32,768 nt of DNA from Candidatus Microgenomates bacterium (GTDB lineage: Bacteria > Patescibacteriota > Microgenomatia > Levybacterales > JACOYD01): contig JACOYD010000003.1 in NCBI GenBank assembly GCA_016182055.1, positions 1-32,768 of the forward strand. Reading direction: 5' to 3'. The notes beneath the pieces are model-generated. The model did not search any database. It was not told the origin of the DNA and saw only the letters and a list, made by a program, of their open reading frames with translations. Shown one piece after another: positions 27,834-32,768 of this stretch (within the stretch, counting starts at the first letter, position 1; the number at the start of each line of letters is the position of its first letter). The position numbers and the translations under genes are program-made.

Positions 27834-27868
27834 GACAACTTTTAGCACTCATGATATATTACTGCTAA
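27832..27868 (+). promoter_or_regulatory. hrcA promoter overlapped by a CIRCE operator
   Basis: TTGACA (27832)-N17-TATATT (27855); TTAGCACTC-N9-TACTGCTAA (27842-27868) versus consensus TTAGCACTC-N9-GAGTGCTAA. Confidence 0.88.
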
Positions 27869-27870
27869 CC

Positions 27871-28605
27871 ATGCCGGATTTGACACAAAGACAAAGACAA
27901 ATCTTAAAAAGTCTGATTGAAGAATATATGAATACAGCCCAGCCGGTTGGTTCGGAAACACTGGAGAAAAAATATAGTCTGGGTGCCTCTCCTGCCACTT
28001 TGCGAAACGAAATGGTGAAGCTTACCGAAATGGGGTTTTTGATAAAACCGCATACCTCGGCCGGACGTACGCCAACTCCCATGGGTCTTAAACTGTATGT
28101 TAAAGAACTGATGAAAGAAGAGGAACTGTCGGTGGCAGAAGAAGTGGCGGTAAAAGAAAAAATTTGGGACTTTCGAAGCGAATTTAAAAATCTTATTCGC
28201 GAAGCCACCAGAAATTTAGCGGCGCGAACCAAAAATCTGGCTCTTTCGGCCACGGACCAGGGCGATATCTATTCTGCCGGCACCTGTCATATTTTGGAGA
28301 TGCCGGAGTTTTATGATATTGACGTGACCAGAAATTTGCTTTCTCTTTTGGATCAATCGGATTACTTTACCAAACTGATAGAGCGGTTTATAGATGACAG
28401 TGAGATAAACGTACTGCTTGGCGACGATTTGGGATCAGATATTTATGCCGGTTACGGGTTTGTCTTTAGCCGTTTCCATGGAGAAGGTCAGGAAGGGGTT
28501 ATCGGAGTTTTGGGTCCTGCCAGGCTCAATTACCCGTATATTATTCCGACAGTTCGATATTTTAGCGATTTGATTGAAGAAATGTCTAAAAGTTTGAAAA
28601 AGTGA
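27871..28605 (+). CDS. hrcA: Heat-inducible transcription repressor HrcA (short form)
   Basis: LTQRQRQILKSLIEEY..TAQPVGS, SPATLRNEM, PHTSAGRTPT, GVIGVLGPARLNY. Start revised to ATG 27871. Confidence 0.93.
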   Translation: MPDLTQRQRQILKSLIEEYMNTAQPVGSETLEKKYSLGASPATLRNEMVKLTEMGFLIKPHTSAGRTPTPMGLKLYVKELMKEEELSVAEEVAVKEKIWDFRSEFKNLIREATRNLAARTKNLALSATDQGDIYSAGTCHILEMPEFYDIDVTRNLLSLLDQSDYFTKLIERFIDDSEINVLLGDDLGSDIYAGYGFVFSRFHGEGQEGVIGVLGPARLNYPYIIPTVRYFSDLIEEMSKSLKK

Positions 28606-28607
28606 CA

Positions 28608-29045
28608 ATGGTAAAGAAAGATACGCATATTTTAGATCTGGAAAATCAACTAAAAAGAGCGCTGGCCGATTATCAAAATTTGGAAAAGCGGTCAGTTGAG
28701 CAAAGAAAAGAGTGGGTAAAGAGTGCCAACAAAGATTTGCTCTTGCGTCTTTTGCCGGTTTTAGATACACTGATGTTAGCCAGTCAACACGTACAAGATG
28801 AGGGAATTTTAGCCAGCATCAAGCAGTTTGAGGATGCATTAAAAAGCGAAGGGGTGGAAAAGATTGAGACGATGGGACAGGAGTTTAATCCGCAAACTAT
28901 GGAATGCGTTGTCACGGAACAAGTTGACCCTTCGACGGGCTCAGGGCAAGAGGAAGGAAAAGTAATGGAAGAATTACAAGCGGGATATAGGTTACACGAT
29001 AAGGTGTTAAGGCCGGCAAAAGTGAAAGTAGGAAAGAAAATATGA
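28608..29045 (+). CDS. grpE: Nucleotide exchange factor GrpE
   Basis: RALADYQNLEKR, LLPVLD, FNP, GYRLHDKVLRPAKVKV. Confidence 0.94.
   Translation: MVKKDTHILDLENQLKRALADYQNLEKRSVEQRKEWVKSANKDLLLRLLPVLDTLMLASQHVQDEGILASIKQFEDALKSEGVEKIETMGQEFNPQTMECVVTEQVDPSTGSGQEEGKVMEELQAGYRLHDKVLRPAKVKVGKKI
28926..28950 (+). repeat. REP-like palindromic micro-element in frame in grpE
   Basis: GACCCTTCGACGGGCTCAGGGCAAG (DPSTGSGQ); CCCT/AGGG arms. Confidence 0.6.
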
Positions 29046-29097
29046 GTAAGATTATAAGCAAAGCTTGTAATTTTGAGTTATAAATAAGAGTATTTTT

Positions 29098-31032
29098 ATG
29101 AGTAAAATTATTGGAATTGATTTAGGAACTACAAATTCGGCAATGGCGGTGATGGAGGGCGGCAGTCCCAAAGTCATCCATTCGGCCGAGGGAAGAAATG
29201 TTGTTCCTTCGGTGGTTGACCCCATCTCTCATGTGGTGGGTGATGTAGCTAAGCATCAGTTAGTGCTTAAACCTAAAACTACCATTTATTCCATCAAAAG
29301 ATTAATGGGAAGAAAATACAGTGACCCTTCGGTACAAAAAGACGTTAAGCTTCTTCCCTACACTATAAAATCCGGCCGTGACGGTATGGCGGTGGTGGAG
29401 GTGGACGGCAGAACCTTTACTCCGCAGGAAATCTCGGCTCAAATTTTACAAAAGATAAAAGCCGACGCAGAAGCATATCTTGGCGGAAAGGTTACCCAAG
29501 CGGTTATCACCGTCCCCGCTTACTTTGACGACAGCCAAAGGCAGGCCACCAAACAGGCCGGAGAAATTGCCGGTCTTGAGGTTTTGCGAATTATTAATGA
29601 GCCCACAGCTGCGGCCTTGGCTTACGGACTAGACAAGAAAAATGCCCACACCATTGCCGTTTATGATTTGGGCGGAGGAACTTTTGATATTTCCATTTTG
29701 GAGCTAGGCGAGGGCGTTTATGAGGTTAAGTCCACCAGCGGCGATACGCATCTGGGTGGCGATGATTTTGACCAGACCATTATTGAATATTTGGCAGATG
29801 AATTTAAGAAGGAACATAATGTTGATTTGCGAAAAGATCCCCAAGCTCTACAAAGGCTGAAAGAGGCGGCGGAGAAAGCCAAAATTGAACTGTCCAGCTC
29901 GCAGGAGGCGGAAATCAACCAGCCGTTTATTACTCAAGGAAAAGAGGGACCGTTGCATCTGACCATGAAGTTAACGCGGGCCAAGCTGGAAAGTTTGGTT
30001 GATGATCTTATCCAAAAAACCATCAAACCGGTAGAAGCCGCTCTTAAAGACGCCAAGGCGAAAGTCGCAGATATTGATGAAGTGGTTTTAGTTGGCGGTA
30101 TGACCCGCATGCCCAAAATTGTCGAGGTGGTGACCAAATTTTTTGGCAAAGAGGCTCACAAAGGGGTTAATCCTGATGAGGTGGTGGCGGTGGGGGCGGC
30201 CATTCAGGGAGGAGTTCTGGGAGGAGAAGTTAAAGATGTATTACTTTTGGATGTAACTCCGCTTACTTTGGGAATTGAAACATTAGGCAGTGTGGCCACG
30301 CCGCTTATTTCACGAAATACCACTGTTCCTACTGCCAAATCTCAAGTTTTCTCCACAGCCGCCGATAATCAAACACAGGTAGAGATAAATGTTTTGCAGG
30401 GCGAGCGGCCGATGGCTTCGGATAATAAGTCGCTGGGACGCTTTATTCTTGATGGTATTCCTCCGGCCCCCCGCGGCATTCCGCAGGTTGAGGTGACTTT
30501 TGATATTGATGCCAGCGGCATTTTAAGCGTTAAAGCCAAAGATAAGGCCACAGGCAAAGAGCAGAGCATTAAGATTACCGGCTCAACCGGACTCTCCAAA
30601 GAAGAAGTGGAAAAGATGACCAAAGAGGCGGAGGTTCACGCCCAGGAAGATTTGGATAAAAAAGAAAAAGTGGAGGCCAGAAATACCGCCGATTCCCTTA
30701 TCTTTACCGCCGAAAAGACAACCGCCGAAAAGACACTTAAAGATGCCGGCGATAAGGTGAAAGAAGAAGACAAAAAAGAAGTGGAAGAAAAAGTGTCGGC
30801 GCTCAAGAGCATTTTGGACAGCGGCAGTAAAGAAGATTTGGAGACCAAAACCAAAGAGCTTTCGGATAGTTTGCAAAAAGTGGGTCAGGCGATGTATGCG
30901 TCCCAGAAGACGGAAGGCGGAGGTCAGAAGACAGAGGAAACAACAGAAGGAGATAGCGAAGAGAAGAAATCCGACTCCGCCAAGGCTACGTCGGACAAGG
31001 ACAAGCCAGTGGAGGGAGAAGTGGTAAATTAA
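29098..31032 (+). CDS. dnaK: Chaperone DnaK (Hsp70)
   Basis: [62 protein letters not shown]. Confidence 0.99.
   Translation: MSKIIGIDLGTTNSAMAVMEGGSPKVIHSAEGRNVVPSVVDPISHVVGDVAKHQLVLKPKTTIYSIKRLMGRKYSDPSVQKDVKLLPYTIKSGRDGMAVVEVDGRTFTPQEISAQILQKIKADAEAYLGGKVTQAVITVPAYFDDSQRQATKQAGEIAGLEVLRIINEPTAAALAYGLDKKNAHTIAVYDLGGGTFDISILELGEGVYEVKSTSGDTHLGGDDFDQTIIEYLADEFKKEHNVDLRKDPQALQRLKEAAEKAKIELSSSQEAEINQPFITQGKEGPLHLTMKLTRAKLESLVDDLIQKTIKPVEAALKDAKAKVADIDEVVLVGGMTRMPKIVEVVTKFFGKEAHKGVNPDEVVAVGAAIQGGVLGGEVKDVLLLDVTPLTLGIETLGSVATPLISRNTTVPTAKSQVFSTAADNQTQVEINVLQGERPMASDNKSLGRFILDGIPPAPRGIPQVEVTFDIDASGILSVKAKDKATGKEQSIKITGSTGLSKEEVEKMTKEAEVHAQEDLDKKEKVEARNTADSLIFTAEKTTAEKTLKDAGDKVKEEDKKEVEEKVSALKSILDSGSKEDLETKTKELSDSLQKVGQAMYASQKTEGGGQKTEETTEGDSEEKKSDSAKATSDKDKPVEGEVVN
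30706..30735 (+). repeat. Perfect 15-bp tandem duplication in dnaK
   Basis: ACCGCCGAAAAGACA x2 ([10 protein letters not shown]). Confidence 0.9.
30904..30999 (+). repeat. 7-bp array and palindromic micro-element in the dnaK tail
   Basis: cagaaga cggaagg cggaggt cagaaga cagagga (30904-30938); TCCGAC-TCCGCCAAGGCTAC-GTCGGA-CAAG (30970-30999). Confidence 0.65.
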
Positions 31033-31037
31033 AAATT

Positions 31038-31110
31038 ACCAGCCAAAGGCTGGTCCGCCTCTGGCGGAAAAATGAAAAAGTAAAAATTGCCACGCTTAGC
31101 GTGGTTATTT
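31038..31110 (+). repeat. Tandem small hairpins, a 7-bp array and a terminator-like hairpin after dnaK
   Basis: ACCAGCC-AAA-GGCTGGT, CCGCC-TCT-GGCGG, aaaaatg aaaaagt aaaaatt, then CCACGC-TTA-GCGTGG followed by TTATTT. Confidence 0.6.
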
Positions 31111-31127
31111 GTTATAATCGTCCAGCT

Positions 31128-31270
31128 GAAAACCTCGGGCTAAAAGCCCGAGGATGAAAGCTAACGATTAAAACGCGAGTTTATCTATGCAAATAAGAAG
31201 ACTTCAAGTTTTCAGCGGACTCATTAAACTTAACGGAGGAAACCGCGGACTTTTAGTCCGCGGAAGTTTA
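31128..31270 (+). mobile_element. Non-autonomous IS200/IS605-like mini-element (paired subterminal hairpins, no transposase)
   Basis: Left hairpin CCTCGGGCT-AAA-AGCCCGAGG (31133-31153); right hairpin GAAA-CCGCGGACT-TTT-AGTCCGCGG-AAGTT (31243-31263). Both resemble IS605-type ends. Confidence 0.6.
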
Positions 31271-31284
31271 TAATAGGTAGAATT

Positions 31285-32768
31285 ATGTGCGGGATTTTTG
31301 GGTATGTAGGAAAAAAAAACACTGCGGCGGAAATTGTACTTGAAGGTTTAAAACTGCTGGAATATCGCGGATATGATTCATGGGGAGTAACTGTCAAAAG
31401 CGGTAAGAAACTTGTTGTTGATAAACATGTCGGGAAAATAGGCGATGCAAAAGTTAAATTACCAAAAAGCACCATTGGTATTGGTCATACAAGATGGGCG
31501 ACACATGGCGGCGTGACAGTGGCTAATGCCCATCCACACCTTGACTGCACAAAAACAGTGGCGGTTATCCACAATGGTATCATTGAAAACTTCGAAGAGC
31601 TGAAAACTGATTTAATAAAAAAGGGACATAAGTTTTTGTCGGAAACAGATACCGAAGTGGTTCCACACTTGATTGAACAGTATTTGAAAAAAGCTGGGTT
31701 TGCCTCGGCAGTTCGAGACGCTTTCAATCAATTAAAAGGACTCAATGCTATTGTGGTGGCTTATGCCCCATCGCAAGAAATTGTGGCCGCCAAAACCGGC
31801 TCCCCGTTGGTAGTGGGTATTGGAAAAAACGAATTTTTCGTTGCCTCCGATGCGGCAGGAATATTAAAACATACAAGAAATATGCTTTTTTTAGGCGATA
31901 ACGAAATGGTAATTCTTGGTCCGTCAGCTGACGGATTACAACTGCTTTCTTTGCCTTCTGGGAAAAAGAAAAAACCAGTGTTTGAAACGATAGATTGGAA
32001 AATAGAAGATGTCGATAAAGGAAAATTTGACTATTTCATGCTCAAAGAGATATACGAGCAGCCAAAAGTTATTCGTAATATTGCACAGACGTATACAGAT
32101 CAGATTACATCGTTGGCAAAAGCAATTGAACAGGCAAACGGAACATTTTTTATCGGGGCCGGAACAGCATTCCATGCTTGTCTTGCTGGAACGTATCTTT
32201 TTTCGACAATTGCACATACACATGTTAATACCGCTGTTGCTTCGGAATTTAATTACCTGGAGGATTTTTTAACAAACAAAAGTCTTATCATTGCGTTATC
32301 TCAATCGGGAGAAACGATTGATGTCATTGAACCGCTCCATAGAGCTAAACAGAAAGGGAGCAAGGTCGTTGCAGTAACAAATGTATTGGGTTCAAGCATT
32401 TATCGCCTGTCCGATCATAAGTTGCTTTTAGGAGCAGGCCCGGAAAAGGCAGTTGCCTCAACCAAGGCATATATTGCCAAGCTTTCGGTTATGATACTAC
32501 TTGCGTATTCTTTGGCAAACAAATTTGATCACGGTAAAAAACTCTTACTTGCCGCTGCCGATGAGGTTGGGCGACTTTTGCAGGAAGCAAATCTTAAAGG
32601 CATAAAAAAGCTTGCTTTACAATTACGCAGCGTTGAACATATATATACGATTGGTCGAGGACTTTCTTTTGCAACAGCCCTTGAGAGTTCGTTGAAGATT
32701 AAAGAAGTAAGTTACATCCATACAGAAGGACTCGCTGGAGGGGAATTGAAGCATGGAACAATAGCGCT
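31285..32768 (+). CDS. glmS: Glutamine--fructose-6-phosphate aminotransferase (truncated at window end)
   Basis: Not in the ORF track. MCGIFGYVG, LEYRGYDSWG, GIGHTRWATHG, HNGIIEN, SETDTEV, SQSGETID, AVASTKAY, ELKHG. Confidence 0.97.
   Translation, partial: MCGIFGYVGKKNTAAEIVLEGLKLLEYRGYDSWGVTVKSGKKLVVDKHVGKIGDAKVKLPKSTIGIGHTRWATHGGVTVANAHPHLDCTKTVAVIHNGIIENFEELKTDLIKKGHKFLSETDTEVVPHLIEQYLKKAGFASAVRDAFNQLKGLNAIVVAYAPSQEIVAAKTGSPLVVGIGKNEFFVASDAAGILKHTRNMLFLGDNEMVILGPSADGLQLLSLPSGKKKKPVFETIDWKIEDVDKGKFDYFMLKEIYEQPKVIRNIAQTYTDQITSLAKAIEQANGTFFIGAGTAFHACLAGTYLFSTIAHTHVNTAVASEFNYLEDFLTNKSLIIALSQSGETIDVIEPLHRAKQKGSKVVAVTNVLGSSIYRLSDHKLLLGAGPEKAVASTKAYIAKLSVMILLAYSLANKFDHGKKLLLAAADEVGRLLQEANLKGIKKLALQLRSVEHIYTIGRGLSFATALESSLKIKEVSYIHTEGLAGGELKHGTIA

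Noticed and set aside
31033..31284. glmS ribozyme upstream of glmS
   Set aside because: No recognisable ribozyme core; the hairpins fit IS-end or REP-like structures, and a -10 box lies only 10 nt from the ATG.
31230..32272. Short ORFs listed in the track over the glmS region
   Set aside because: Alternate-frame or antisense shadows of glmS.

Overview
A chromosomal origin region from a small-genome bacterium. Gene order, truncated housekeeping proteins and promoter style suggest Patescibacteria/CPR, probably Microgenomates (inference). The window begins with dnaN (truncated at the edge), oriC and dnaA, with rpmH-rnpA-yidD-yidC-jag divergent from them. Next come an O-antigen-ligase-like membrane protein, RNase HI, an epimerase/DUF4012-like fusion, rplY, a TPR protein, valS, an HTH-PIN toxin-antitoxin pair, class II aldolase, a Lon ATPase module with no protease domain, and RNase J. 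A ~7.5 kb accessory block follows, bracketed by two PIN TA pairs and holding a membrane-anchored AAA ATPase, a 50-aa ORF and a 1581-aa repeat protein. The window ends with a frameshifted ftsK, rodZ-like, CIRCE-hrcA-grpE-dnaK, an IS200/IS605-like mini-element and glmS (truncated at the edge). Four signals stand out. First, short 7-bp (and 8-bp) tandem arrays of unrelated sequence but similar copy number sit in frame inside genes such as valS and dnaK. Second, tiny palindromic elements are inserted in frame in grpE, dnaK and glmS. Third, most transcription units have a -10 box only 6-11 nt before the start codon, which points to leaderless mRNAs. Fourth, the TA-bounded AAA/giant-protein island may be a functional module. 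No database searches were run; product calls rest on recognised motifs.
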